In this document: positions 19,619 to 29,068 of the stretch, one piece after another
How the letters are laid out: each line of letters begins with the position of its first letter
Position numbering within the stretch: the stretch's first letter is position 1
Assembly (NCBI GenBank): GCA_934378145.1
Contig: CAKXXW010000007.1
Coordinates: forward strand, 10,053 to 74,052
Source: an uncultured Eubacteriales bacterium
Lineage (GTDB): Bacteria > Bacillota > Clostridia > Oscillospirales > CAG-272
DNA: 64,000 nt
Reading direction: 5' to 3'
Translations under genes and position numbers: made by a program
Notes under the pieces: model-generated
What the model was told of the DNA's origin: nothing
The model's input: only the letters and a program-made list of their open reading frames with translations
Database searches by the model: none

Positions 19619-22600
19619 TTACTCATTATCCGGATCTTCGGAAGAATAGTCATCGGGTTCGAATACCTCTTCCTCTTCGTAGCCGGTATCCTCTTCGTGA
19701 CCGTTCTCATCCTCGATCAGGAACGATTTGCGTATTTCTTCTTCGTCGTACTCGCTTCTGCCGTAAATATCGTCGCCGTTTATATCGTGGCGGCCCGAAT
19801 ACTCGTGAGTATCGTCATCCTGGCAGAGAGTCGAGAGCTGTACTTCTTCGCCGTTCTTGTCAAGCACCTTGATGTCAAGGGCGAGCGACTGAAGCTCTTT
19901 CACAAGGACCTTGAAGGATTCGGGAACGCCCGGAGTCGGGATGTTCTGACCCTTGATTATCGCTTCATATGCCTTGCGGCGGCCGTTGATATCGTCCGAC
20001 TTGACGGTGAGGATCTCCTGAAGCGTGTAGGCAGCGCCGTATGCTTCGAGCGCCCAGACCTCCATCTCTCCGAATCTCTGTCCGCCGAACTGCGCCTTGC
20101 CTCCGAGAGGCTGCTGCGTTACGAGCGAGTACGGACCGTTCGAACGGGCATGGATCTTATCATCGACAAGGTGATGCAGCTTGAGGTAGTACATGATACC
20201 GACGGTAACGGGGTTATCGAAGGCATCGCCGGTGCGTCCGTCATAGACGACCGTCTTACCGTCGACGATCTTCGTCTGCGTGTAATCGACCGACTCGCAG
20301 AGCTTTTCCATCGTTGCCGAGAGCTTCGCGCAATCCTCTGCGCCGAGGTCATAGGCATGGGCGATCAAAGCCTTCGACGCTTCGACCTCTGCCTTGAAGG
20401 CATCAAGCTCAGCCTCGTCGGCAAAACGCTTCGCATCGATGAGATCGGCAAGGATCCCGGTCGCTTCGGTCGCCGCGCTTATGACAAGTGCGGACTTTTC
20501 TTTATCCTTGTTGGTCTCACCGAGGTACTTACGGAATGTCTCGAGCTTCTTCACGCTGTCCGAGACGGCGATGAAGGTCTTCGTTCCGTCCTCGTTCTCG
20601 ACGACCTTGAGAACTTCTTTTCCGCGCACATCGTCGCCGGGACGGTAGTCGCGGTAGATGCCCGCCATCTTGAGGCATTCCGAGATGTCCTTCTCGGTCG
20701 CGCCGTCAAATACGGGGGTCATTACCTTCCAGCCGAGCTTTCTCGCGGCAAGTCCGAGGTGGACCTCAAGGACCTGACCGATATTCATTCGGGAAGGAAC
20801 GCCCAGCGGGTTCAGGCATATGTCAAGCGGTGTGCCGTCGGGGAGGAATGGCATATCCTCGGGTGCGAGGATACGCGAAACAACGCCCTTGTTACCGTGG
20901 CGTCCCGCCATCTTGTCGCCGACAGAGATCTTACGCTTCTGAGCGATATAGACCTTGACGACCTTGTTTACATTTGCGGGAAGCTCGTCGTGCTGCTCGC
21001 GCGAAAATACGCGGACATCGACGACGATACCCGATTCGCCGTGAGGCAGACGCAGCGAGGTGTCGCGCACCTCTCTCGCCTTTTCACCGAAGATGGCGCG
21101 GAGAAGTCTCTCTTCAGCCGTCAGCTCGGTCTCGCCCTTCGGCGTGATCTTACCGACGAGGATGTCGCCGGCACGGACCTCGGTCCCCTTCTTTACGATA
21201 CCCTCGGAATTGAGGTCTTTCAGCGCGTCGTCACCGACATTCGGGATCTCGCGCGTGATCTCCTCCGGCCCGAGCTTCGTATCTCTTGCCTCGTGGATAT
21301 ATTCCTCAACATGGAGAGAGGTATATACATCGTCGCGAACAAGTCTTTCGTTGAGAAGAACGGCGTCCTCGTAGTTATAACCTTCCCATGTCATGAAGCC
21401 GATGAGCGCGTTCTTTCCGAGCGCGACCTCACCGTTCGATGTCGCGGGGCCGTCGGCTATGACCTCGCCCTCCTCGACCGTGTCTCCGCGTGAGACTATC
21501 GGGCGCTGGTTGCAGCAGGTACCCTGGTTCGTTCTCTTGAACTTTATCAGCTCGTAGACATCCTTTTCGCCGTTGTCGCGGGCGACGACTATGCGGTTCG
21601 CCTCGACGCTCTCAACGGTGCCGGAGTGCTTTGCAAGTATGACGACGCCCGAGTCGACCGCCGCCTTGTATTCCATACCCGTTCCGACGATAGGCGATTC
21701 GGTGACCATAAGCGGCACCGCCTGTTTCTGCATGTTCGCTCCCATAAGAGCGCGCGAGTTGTCGTCGTTCTCAAGGAAGGGTATCATTGCCGTCGCGACC
21801 GAGACGACCATCTTCGGCGAGACATCCATATAGTCGACCTTCGACTGTTCGACCTCGATGATCTCCGCCTTGTCACGGACGGTGACGCGGGGACGGGTGA
21901 AGAATCCCTCGTCGTCGAGAGGCTCGTTCGCCTGCGCGATAACATAGTTATCCTCGACATCGGCGGTCATATAGCGCACCTCGTCGGTGACGCGCGAGCG
22001 TCCGTCGGGGAGATGCTCGACGCGGCGGTAGGGTGCCTCGATGAAGCCGTAGTCGCTGATCCTTGCGTAGGTCGAAAGGTAAGAGATAAGACCGATGTTA
22101 GGACCTTCGGGGGTCTCTATCGGGCACATTCTTCCGTAATGAGTATAGTGTACATCTCGGACATCGAAGGAGGCGCGGTCACGCGAGATTCCTCCGGGGC
22201 CGAGAGCCGAGAGCCTTCTCTTATGAGTCAGCTCGGAGAGCGGGTTCGCCTGATCCATGAACTGCGAGAGCTGCGAGGAGCCGAAGAACTCTCTTATCAC
22301 GGTCGCCACGGGGCGGGTGTTGATGAGAGCCTGCGCCGTCAGTTTCTCGTTGTCCTGGGTCGTCATCTTCTCCTTGATGATCTTATCCATACGGGCAAAG
22401 CCTATCCTCATCTGGTTCTGGAGCTGTTCTCCGACCGAGCGGATGCGGCGGTTACCGAGGTGGTCTATATCATCATAGGTGCCTATCTCGTGAGTCAGGC
22501 AGAGGAGGTAGTTTATCGAAGCAAGTATATCGTCCTTCGTGATGTGCTGCGGGCAAAGCTCGGCTATGCGCTCGGCAGCCTCTTTCTTGAGTCCCTCGGT

Positions 22601-23839
22601 ATCGTCGCCGTACTTTTCGGACAGCTCGCGAAGCACCGCAACGCGCGCCTTCTCGCGGACGCCGCAGTCCTTGAGGTCATATCCGAGGATATATTCGGGT
22701 TCGACGGTATTGTTCGAGAAGACCTTGACCCTGTCGCCGTTGTCAAGCTCAAGCACCACCTCGTTGATGGCAGCATGCTCGATGGCGAGCGCGGTCTCGT
22801 AGGTCAGCACACTTCCCGCCTCGGCGACAAGCTCGCCGGTGACGGGGCTGATCGCATCCTCGGCGAGTTTCCTGCCCGTGATCCTCTGTGCGAGGGCGAC
22901 CTTCTTATTGAATTTATAGCGTCCGACGGGAGCTATATCGTATCTTCTCGGGTCGAAGAAGAAGTTATTGAGAAGCTGGAGCGCCGTATCCACGAGCGGA
23001 GGCTCGCCCGGACGCAGCTTCTTGTATATTTCCTTGAGTGATTCGATGCTGACCTTCGAACGGTTGCGCTCGGCAATGCCCTCGCACTCGTCCTTCTCGA
23101 AGGTAGCCTTCAGCATAGGCTCCTCGCCGAAGATAGAGTAGACATCCTCTCTTGATTCAATAAGGAAGTCATACTTCTCGGCGTCGGACTTGCCGACCTT
23201 GTCGTCCGCGACCTCACCGTTCTTCGGAACGATCCCGAGCGCACGGATGAACATTGTTATCGGCATCTTGCGGTTCTTGTCTATCCTTACATAGATGACA
23301 CCGTTTATGTCGGTCTCGTATTCGAGCCACGCACCGCGGTAAGGAATGACCTGTGTCGCGTAGGTGCGCTTACCCGTCTTGTCGATCTCCGAGGAATAGT
23401 ACATTCCCGGCGACCTTATGATCTGGGATACTATGACACGCTCGGCACCGTTTATGACGAAGGTACCGTTTTCGGTCATGAGCGGGAAATCGGCAAGGTA
23501 TACGAAGGATTCGGTGACCTCGCCCGTCTGCTTGTTCGTGAGTCGGACATTCACGCGGAGCGGAGCCGCGTAGTTGACATCGCGCTCCTTACATTCCTCA
23601 ACGGGATACTTCGGCTTGCTGTCAAGTGTGTAAGAAAGGAACTCGACCGACAGATTCCCCGAATAGTCGGTGATCGGCGACACATCGCGAAGCACCTGAT
23701 TCAGTCCCTCGTCAAGGAACCACTTGAAGGACTTCGTCTGGATCTCTACGAGATTCGGAAGCTCGAGAGATGAGCGACGGGTACGCGAAAAGCTCATTCT
23801 TACATTTTTGCCGAGCCTTTGCTCTTGTACATTGACCAT
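19619..23839 (-). CDS. rpoB: DNA-directed RNA polymerase subunit beta
   Basis: Conserved blocks include [24 protein letters not shown] and [27 protein letters not shown] preferred the ATG at 23839 (GGAG upstream, [11 protein letters not shown]...). The ORF-track start at 23860 has no RBS. Confidence 0.97.
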   Translation of the reverse strand: MVNVQEQRLGKNVRMSFSRTRRSSLELPNLVEIQTKSFKWFLDEGLNQVLRDVSPITDYSGNLSVEFLSYTLDSKPKYPVEECKERDVNYAAPLRVNVRLTNKQTGEVTESFVYLADFPLMTENGTFVINGAERVIVSQIIRSPGMYYSSEIDKTGKRTYATQVIPYRGAWLEYETDINGVIYVRIDKNRKMPITMFIRALGIVPKNGEVADDKVGKSDAEKYDFLIESREDVYSIFGEEPMLKATFEKDECEGIAERNRSKVSIESLKEIYKKLRPGEPPLVDTALQLLNNFFFDPRRYDIAPVGRYKFNKKVALAQRITGRKLAEDAISPVTGELVAEAGSVLTYETALAIEHAAINEVVLELDNGDRVKVFSNNTVEPEYILGYDLKDCGVREKARVAVLRELSEKYGDDTEGLKKEAAERIAELCPQHITKDDILASINYLLCLTHEIGTYDDIDHLGNRRIRSVGEQLQNQMRIGFARMDKIIKEKMTTQDNEKLTAQALINTRPVATVIREFFGSSQLSQFMDQANPLSELTHKRRLSALGPGGISRDRASFDVRDVHYTHYGRMCPIETPEGPNIGLISYLSTYARISDYGFIEAPYRRVEHLPDGRSRVTDEVRYMTADVEDNYVIAQANEPLDDEGFFTRPRVTVRDKAEIIEVEQSKVDYMDVSPKMVVSVATAMIPFLENDDNSRALMGANMQKQAVPLMVTESPIVGTGMEYKAAVDSGVVILAKHSGTVESVEANRIVVARDNGEKDVYELIKFKRTNQGTCCNQRPIVSRGDTVEEGEVIADGPATSNGEVALGKNALIGFMTWEGYNYEDAVLLNERLVRDDVYTSLHVEEYIHEARDTKLGPEEITREIPNVGDDALKDLNSEGIVKKGTEVRAGDILVGKITPKGETELTAEERLLRAIFGEKAREVRDTSLRLPHGESGIVVDVRVFSREQHDELPANVNKVVKVYIAQKRKISVGDKMAGRHGNKGVVSRILAPEDMPFLPDGTPLDICLNPLGVPSRMNIGQVLEVHLGLAARKLGWKVMTPVFDGATEKDISECLKMAGIYRDYRPGDDVRGKEVLKVVENEDGTKTFIAVSDSVKKLETFRKYLGETNKDKEKSALVISAATEATGILADLIDAKRFADEAELDAFKAEVEASKALIAHAYDLGAEDCAKLSATMEKLCESVDYTQTKIVDGKTVVYDGRTGDAFDNPVTVGIMYYLKLHHLVDDKIHARSNGPYSLVTQQPLGGKAQFGGQRFGEMEVWALEAYGAAYTLQEILTVKSDDINGRRKAYEAIIKGQNIPTPGVPESFKVLVKELQSLALDIKVLDKNGEEVQLSTLCQDDDTHEYSGRHDINGDDIYGRSEYDEEEIRKSFLIEDENGHEEDTGYEEEEVFEPDDYSSEDPDNE

Positions 23840-23996
23840 TAATTTTATCACTCCATTCAATGTAGTCGGTGCGGCGGGCAGCTCGCACCCCTTATGGTCG
23901 CTTGCAAATTTTTTGTAACTTTTAGGTAAATCTTTACGATTTCCACAAAATTACACCCGTGAAAAGGGCATATTTCGCATTATATTACATCTTAAA

Positions 23997-24025
23997 ATTT
24001 TAGCACACGAAAGGCGCTTTGTCAA
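23997..24025 (-). promoter_or_regulatory. Promoter of rpoB-rpoC
   Basis: The minus strand reads TTGACA, 17 nt, TAAAAT with an extended TGc (plus-strand tgtcaa 24020-24025 and atttta 23997-24002). The leader is about 150 nt. Confidence 0.55.
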
Positions 24026-24117
24026 GCAAATTCTTAAAAAAATTATTTATAATGCGATTTTTTTGAAATTTGCGAAGAAAAAAAGCCGAAGAGAGCGGAA
24101 AAAATTTCGTCTTCCTC

Positions 24118-24146
24118 TTGCAATCCGGGGAAAAGTGTGGTATGAT
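24118..24146 (+). promoter_or_regulatory. Promoter of rpsT
   Basis: TTGCAA (24118-24123), 17 nt, extended TGg, TATGAT (24141-24146). Confidence 0.6.
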
Positions 24147-24233
24147 ATTTAACTGTATGGACGGACGACCGGCGCACCCTCTCAGGTGTCGGGCGTGATA
24201 CAGACACAAGATCTTTCGGGGGAGGTGAAAATT

Positions 24234-24497
24234 TTGCCGAATATCAAATCCGCGAAAAAGCGCGTAAAGGTCATCAAAACAAAGACTCTTCGCAACAAGA
24301 TGTTCCGTTCGGAGCTGAAGACTTCCGTAAAGAAGTTTGAGGCTGCCGTCGTTTCGGGTGACAAGGCGAAGGCTACCGAGACTTATACCGCAGCCGTAAA
24401 GAAACTCGATCAGGCTGCCGCTCACGGTATCATCCACAAGAACAATGCCGCTCACAAGAAGAGCCATCTCACAAAGAAGCTCAACGCAATGCAGTGA
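24234..24497 (+). CDS. rpsT: 30S ribosomal protein S20
   Basis: TTG start at 24234, 5 nt after GGAGGTG, gives (M)PNIKSAKKRVKVIKTKTLRNKMFRSELKT and 87 aa. The ORF-track start at 24186 is upstream of this RBS. Confidence 0.9.
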   Translation: MPNIKSAKKRVKVIKTKTLRNKMFRSELKTSVKKFEAAVVSGDKAKATETYTAAVKKLDQAAAHGIIHKNNAAHKKSHLTKKLNAMQ

Positions 24498-24544
24498 TCT
24501 GCGGAGCTTTTGCAGTCGACCCGCTGCATAAGCTTCAAAAAATA

Positions 24545-24582
24545 AAAGCCGTTTGCGGATCCCGCGAACGGCTTTTATTTTT
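24545..24582 (+). terminator. rpsT rho-independent terminator
   Basis: The stem aaaagccgtttgcgg-atc-ccgcgaacggctttt is followed by atttttg. Confidence 0.75.
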
Positions 24583-24832
24583 GCCCGAAAAGAAAACGGC
24601 ATTTTTTCCGAAACATATTGCAAAAAAGAAAAAAGTGTGATAAACTTATCTTGCCACACAATTGAATCAACAGTACACGGGATACCTCTCTTTTTTCATG
24701 GGAGTAGTATACTCTTTTTCTGTCATACAAAAAATGAATTTGGCAAAAACGCAAATTCCGTTTTCGTATGACAAGGAAGAGTATCCTTTTCTGTTGAAAT
24801 TGTGTGGCAACAATAGGAGTTTGCATTTTTCG

Positions 24833-24868
24833 GTGTGGCTCCTGTTGGAGTCACACTTTTTTATTTTT
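24833..24868 (+). terminator. Orphan terminator-like hairpin in the AT-rich spacer
   Basis: The stem gtgtggctcc-tgt-tggagtcacac is followed by ttttttattttt. No convincing ORF lies upstream of it. Confidence 0.4.
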
Positions 24869-25054
24869 CAACAAAGGAGAAGAAAAGAGGTAGCACAAAA
24901 TGATTTATGTATAAAAATAATCATCGGACTTCTTATTGTATATTCATCTAAGAAATACCGGCGGCAAGAAAAGCCCCGCCCGACGATAGAGCAGAAGACT
25001 ATATGCAAGAGAGAAAAAGTGTGGCAATACAATATTTTATGGAGAGAATAAATT

Positions 25055-25891
25055 ATGAAAGAGACAGATCTCAAGGTTTCATATGCAATTTCAAGCTACA
25101 CCATATTTTACACAGCAATATGTGCAATACTGACTTTAGCAGGATTTATCGTCAGCACCTTAATGTATGCAAACAGTAACATATTATTGCTTCTTAGCTT
25201 TTTTTCCATGATTGTAACCATATCTCTCACCATTACTCTAGGGACATGCCCCGCTCGAATAATACCGACTATTGTCGCTTGTCTTTTCTCTAGTATAACT
25301 TTCTTTGCCAATTTAGAATATTTGTCATTCAACCCCGCCGTTTGGGCGTTGCTTATTGTGCCTTGCCTTCAAATTGTATGCATTGTATTGCTCGCATCAG
25401 ATGATATTATCTCAGTTACCGATAAGAGAGTGATACAAACCTGCTTCTTCGGCCACATTGAAAAAAGTATAAGTAACAGTGAAATCAATTATATCGAAAT
25501 CGGATTATTCAATACGATAAAAGTCCGAACATCATCAGGGGGACTTTTTCTTGTTAATGTTGCCGAATTACATGCAATTTTGGAAACGATAAAAGACAGG
25601 CGTTATTTGCAAACAGAGCCATTGAATACGGACCGTGAAGAGGTTCAAAAGCCAAAAAATAATGCCACTGAACATTCTGAAACATTGACGATATCCAAAG
25701 ATAAAAATCCTTTAGATCACGAATTGGATGAAAAAGTAAAATACGACAAAGCGAAATATACACAGACAGAAGATTTCGTTATTGTCCAATGTCCTCATTG
25801 CGGTGAAAAACTTACATACAGCAAGAAAGTATTTCAGACCGAGTCACCACTCCATTGCCCATTTTGCCAAAAAGAATTCAAGCTTCAATAA
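25055..25891 (+). CDS. Hypothetical membrane protein (4 TM helices, PH-like segment, C-terminal CxxC...CxxC zinc ribbon)
   Basis: ATG 8 nt after GGAGAG. 278 aa. The hydrophobic N-terminal 110 aa are followed by the C-terminal CPHCGEKL...CPFCQKEF. About 33% GC in an otherwise high-GC window. Confidence 0.6.
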   Translation: MKETDLKVSYAISSYTIFYTAICAILTLAGFIVSTLMYANSNILLLLSFFSMIVTISLTITLGTCPARIIPTIVACLFSSITFFANLEYLSFNPAVWALLIVPCLQIVCIVLLASDDIISVTDKRVIQTCFFGHIEKSISNSEINYIEIGLFNTIKVRTSSGGLFLVNVAELHAILETIKDRRYLQTEPLNTDREEVQKPKNNATEHSETLTISKDKNPLDHELDEKVKYDKAKYTQTEDFVIVQCPHCGEKLTYSKKVFQTESPLHCPFCQKEFKLQ

Positions 25892-25895
25892 AGTC

Positions 25896-25917
25896 AGCCG
25901 ACCCGAATGGGTCGGCT
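25896..25917. terminator. Bidirectional terminator hairpin between the orphan gene and asd
   Basis: The stem agccgaccc-gaat-gggtcggct has A/T-rich runs on both sides. Confidence 0.6.
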
Positions 25918-25925
25918 ACTTTATT

Positions 25926-26996
25926 TCAGTCAAGATACCCGAGCCTGTAAAGCAGCTCAGCGTTGAGAAGTGCGCCGCCGGCGGCTCCGCGGAGAGTGTT
26001 GTGCGAAAGTCCGATAAACTTTATTCCCTTCTCTCCGTCCTTTTTGAGCCTCCCCGCCGAGATCCCCATCCCGCGGTATAGCCCGCGGTCAAGGACGCAC
26101 TGCGGGCGATCCTCTTCATTATAATATGTAATGAAATGCTCGGGCGCGCTCGGCAGGGAAAGCTCCTGCGGCAGTCCGCGAAGGCTCTCCCATAAACCCT
26201 TGACAAGATCAAGGTCGGGCGCCGCGCCCGAAAAGGTAACGAACACCGACGCCGTGTGACCGTCGCTGACCGGGACCCGAATACACCTTGCCGAGATGTC
26301 CGGCGCAGATGCGGGAACGATTTGTCCTCCTTCGACCTTCCCGAGGATCTTGAGCGGCTCGCGCTCGCTCTTCTCCTCTTCTCCGGCGATGAAGGGAATG
26401 ACATTGCCCCGCATCTCGCGCCAATCCTCAAGGGTCCGCCCCGCGCCCGAGACCGCCTGAAGGGTCGTCACGAAGACCTTCTCTATTCCGTACCCGATAA
26501 GGGGATAAAGCATCGGCAGATAGCTCTGCACCGAGCAGTTGGGCTTCACCGCGATGAAGCCGCGGCGGGTGCCGAGCCTTTTTTTCTGAGCTTCTATCAC
26601 ACAAAAATGTCCGGCGTTGATCTCCGGAATGACCATAGGCACATCGGGCGTCCCGCGGTTCGCGCTGTTGTTTGAGATGACCGGAAGCTCGGCGCGCGCG
26701 TATGACTCCTCGAGCGCGAGAGTCTCCTCCCGGGGAAGATTCGTCGCGCAGAAGACAACGGAGCAAAGCTCCGCCATTTTCCGCGTGTCGGCGGCGTCGA
26801 TGACCCTCATATCACCGAAAATGCCGGCATCTCCCCTGCCTCCGAGAGCCTCGCGGTAGGTCTTCCCCGCGCTCCTCGGCGAGGCTGCAAGCGCCGCGAC
26901 CTCGAAATACGGATGATCGGCAAGCAGCGACAGAAAGCGCCTCCCGACCGTACCGGTCGCGCCGATGACACCGACCCTGATCTTTTCCTTTTCCAT
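25926..26996 (-). CDS. asd: Aspartate-semialdehyde dehydrogenase
   Basis: 356 aa. The N-terminal RVGVIGATGTVGRRF Rossmann motif is present. A VISNNSANR segment and an active-site region (KPNCSVQS...H) match the Asd family. ATG follows GGAGGAC. Confidence 0.8.
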   Translation of the reverse strand: MEKEKIRVGVIGATGTVGRRFLSLLADHPYFEVAALAASPRSAGKTYREALGGRGDAGIFGDMRVIDAADTRKMAELCSVVFCATNLPREETLALEESYARAELPVISNNSANRGTPDVPMVIPEINAGHFCVIEAQKKRLGTRRGFIAVKPNCSVQSYLPMLYPLIGYGIEKVFVTTLQAVSGAGRTLEDWREMRGNVIPFIAGEEEKSEREPLKILGKVEGGQIVPASAPDISARCIRVPVSDGHTASVFVTFSGAAPDLDLVKGLWESLRGLPQELSLPSAPEHFITYYNEEDRPQCVLDRGLYRGMGISAGRLKKDGEKGIKFIGLSHNTLRGAAGGALLNAELLYRLGYLD

Positions 26997-27067
26997 AATG
27001 TCCTCCTTCCGGGGAGCGAAGTCCCCTCGGAAGCATCATATTCCGGAAACAGAAAAAGGTTCCTGCG

Positions 27068-27715
27068 GAGACGGGAGATGCGACGAAGGACGCGGGGGCT
27101 TTCTTGAAAGAAAGCCCCCTGCACCCCAAAGAACTTGTTGGAAGGTTATGGAAGTAACGCTTTGTCTCGGGGCATTTTGCCTACGGCAAAACTATGGTGG
27201 ATTTTTGCCGAGGACTCAAGGGTATGCAAGCATCCCCTTCTCGCCCTCGGGCAAAATCCACCGAAATTTTCCCCCGCGGGGGAAAATTCTGTCCCGAGAC
27301 AAGAGGTTAAACCGTTTGACCTTAAGGTGAAGCTCACTTACAGGACGAACGCACGGTTAAACCGATGCCCCCTAAAAGTGAAGACCTCGCTCTAACGATG
27401 CCTTTTTGAAGGCATTGCCACGGGTAAGGTCTTCACTTTTAGCTTAAGCGCTTTTATCTCTTTTCTCGCGACAGAATTTCACCCCGCGGGGTGAAATTCC
27501 GGTGGTTTTTTGGGAAAGGTCTGAAGAAAGGCTGCTTGCAGACTTTTGAAGACCTTTCCCAAAAAGACACCTTAGTTTTGCCGTAGGCAAAATGCCGCGA
27601 GACAAGTCTTTACTCCTATAATTCGCCGGCAAGTTCTTTGAGGGGTGTGGGGAACTTTCTTCCAAGAAAGTTCCCTGAGTCTCCCGTATCCCCCGCGTAT
27701 CCCCCGTTGTACTCC
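27068..27715. repeat. Mosaic multi-hairpin repeat, copy B: foldback composite (beta unit inverted 27068-27313, gamma hairpin 27384-27450, alpha unit 27470-27715)
   Basis: The two arms are mutually inverted versions of the same hairpin series. The beta arm matches 40285-40545. The alpha arm matches 4318-4561 and 40726-40975. Confidence 0.85.
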
Positions 27716-27733
27716 TGCAACGGAAAAAGGGGA

Positions 27734-27766
27734 ATCTTCCCGAAAGAAGATCCCCCACAAAAATAT
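27734..27766 (-). terminator. Rho-independent terminator of the ynbB-like gene
   Basis: The minus strand has ggggatcttc-tttcgg-gaagattcccc followed by ttttt, 20 nt after the stop codon. Confidence 0.65.
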
Positions 27767-27785
27767 TTTCCTTTATGTTGCCGTA

Positions 27786-29045
27786 TTACTCGCCGAGCAT
27801 ATAATCGACCGCGTGCATCACGCCGAGCTTGCCGTACTCATACGACAGTCCGCCCTGCATATACGATGTATAGGGCGGCTTCAGCGGTCCGTCGCAGGAC
27901 AGCTCGATGGTCGAGCCTACGGTAAACGAGCCGCCCGCCATGATCTCCTCATCCTCGTATCCGGGCATAGCGTCGGGCTGAGGCTCGACATAGGACTCTA
28001 TCGGCGAGCCTTTCTGAAGCCCGCGGCAGAACTTTATCAGGTTGTCCGCGCTGCCGAGGTCGACCGTCTGGACTATATCCGTCCTCCTGTCATCATACCT
28101 CGGGTCAATGCCGCAAAAGCCCGCAAGCTCAAGCAGGCGCGAGGCGAATATCATCGACTTTATCGCCATCCTCGTCACCGACGGCGCCATGAAAAGTCCC
28201 TTATACAGCGAGGAGAGCTGATTGAGATTCGCGCCGAGATCCTTGCCGATGCAGGGTGAGGTCAGCCTCTCGGCTACGTCGTTTATGAGATCTTTCCTTC
28301 CGACGCAGTAAGCTCCGCTGACGGCGATACCCGCGCCGGGATTCTTCATCATCGAGCCTACGGCAACATCGGCGCCGACATGGGTCGGCTCAAGCTCCTC
28401 GGTGAACTCTCCGTAGCAGTTGTCGACGAAGACTATCGCCTCGGGCGCGACGCGCTTCACGAGCGAGATCGCCTTCTCTATCTTGTCTATGGTGAGGCTC
28501 TTGCGCGCGGCATATCCCTTGCTTCTCTGGATATGGACGAGCTTCACTCCGCCCTTTTTCAGCCTCTCCTCTATCGCGGGAAGGTCAAATTCGCTGTTCA
28601 CAAGCTCGATAGCCTCGTATTTTACGCCGTTTGCCATAAGCGAATTGCGGCTGCCCCCCGTGATGCCGATGACGCTCTTCAGAGTGTCGTAAGGCTCGCC
28701 CGAGATGCAGAGCATCGTGTCGCCGTATTTGAGAAGCCCGCTCATCGCGATATAGAGCGCGTGAGTTCCCGACATGAACTGGATGCGCACAAGCGCGTCC
28801 TCCGTGCCGAAAATGTCCGAGTAGATCCGCTCGAGCTTGTCGCGCCCGCCATCGTAGAAGCCGTAGCCCGTTATCTCCATAAAGTCGGAGGTCGAAACTC
28901 TCTCCTTCTGGAACGCCTGAAGCACCTCGGCGCTTCTCTTGAGGCATATCTCATCGGTCCTCGCAAACATCTCCGCGCAATCCTTCTCCGCGCGAAGGGC
29001 AAGCTCGACCGTCTTTTCTCCGAATTCGTAACCGCAGTAATTCAT
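27786..29045 (-). CDS. Methionine gamma-lyase-family PLP enzyme (YnbB / aluminium-resistance-protein family)
   Basis: 419 aa. The segment ITGYGFYDGGRDKLERIYSDIFGTEDALVRIQFMSGTHAL is characteristic of this family. Confidence 0.75.
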   Translation of the reverse strand: MNYCGYEFGEKTVELALRAEKDCAEMFARTDEICLKRSAEVLQAFQKERVSTSDFMEITGYGFYDGGRDKLERIYSDIFGTEDALVRIQFMSGTHALYIAMSGLLKYGDTMLCISGEPYDTLKSVIGITGGSRNSLMANGVKYEAIELVNSEFDLPAIEERLKKGGVKLVHIQRSKGYAARKSLTIDKIEKAISLVKRVAPEAIVFVDNCYGEFTEELEPTHVGADVAVGSMMKNPGAGIAVSGAYCVGRKDLINDVAERLTSPCIGKDLGANLNQLSSLYKGLFMAPSVTRMAIKSMIFASRLLELAGFCGIDPRYDDRRTDIVQTVDLGSADNLIKFCRGLQKGSPIESYVEPQPDAMPGYEDEEIMAGGSFTVGSTIELSCDGPLKPPYTSYMQGGLSYEYGKLGVMHAVDYMLGE

Positions 29046-29068
29046 TTTTTCTTATTCTTCCTTTTTAT

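Noticed and set aside
15629-23041. Plus-strand ORFs of 919, 892 and 471 aa (15629-18388, 18815-21493 and 21626-23041) antisense to rpoC and rpoB
   Set aside because: They are shadow frames opposite unambiguous RNA polymerase genes, with the same Arg/Leu/Asp/Gly-rich composition and no start-site signals.
24000-24659. A 219-aa minus-strand ORF overlapping rpsT and both divergent promoters
   Set aside because: It overlaps the well-supported S20 gene, its promoter and its terminator. It has no RBS and a non-protein-like composition.
24662-25051. A 129-aa plus-strand ORF in the AT-rich spacer
   Set aside because: It has no RBS. It reads through the terminator-like hairpin at 24833-24868, and its composition is typical of random AT-rich sequence. 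A very small real ORF within it cannot be excluded.
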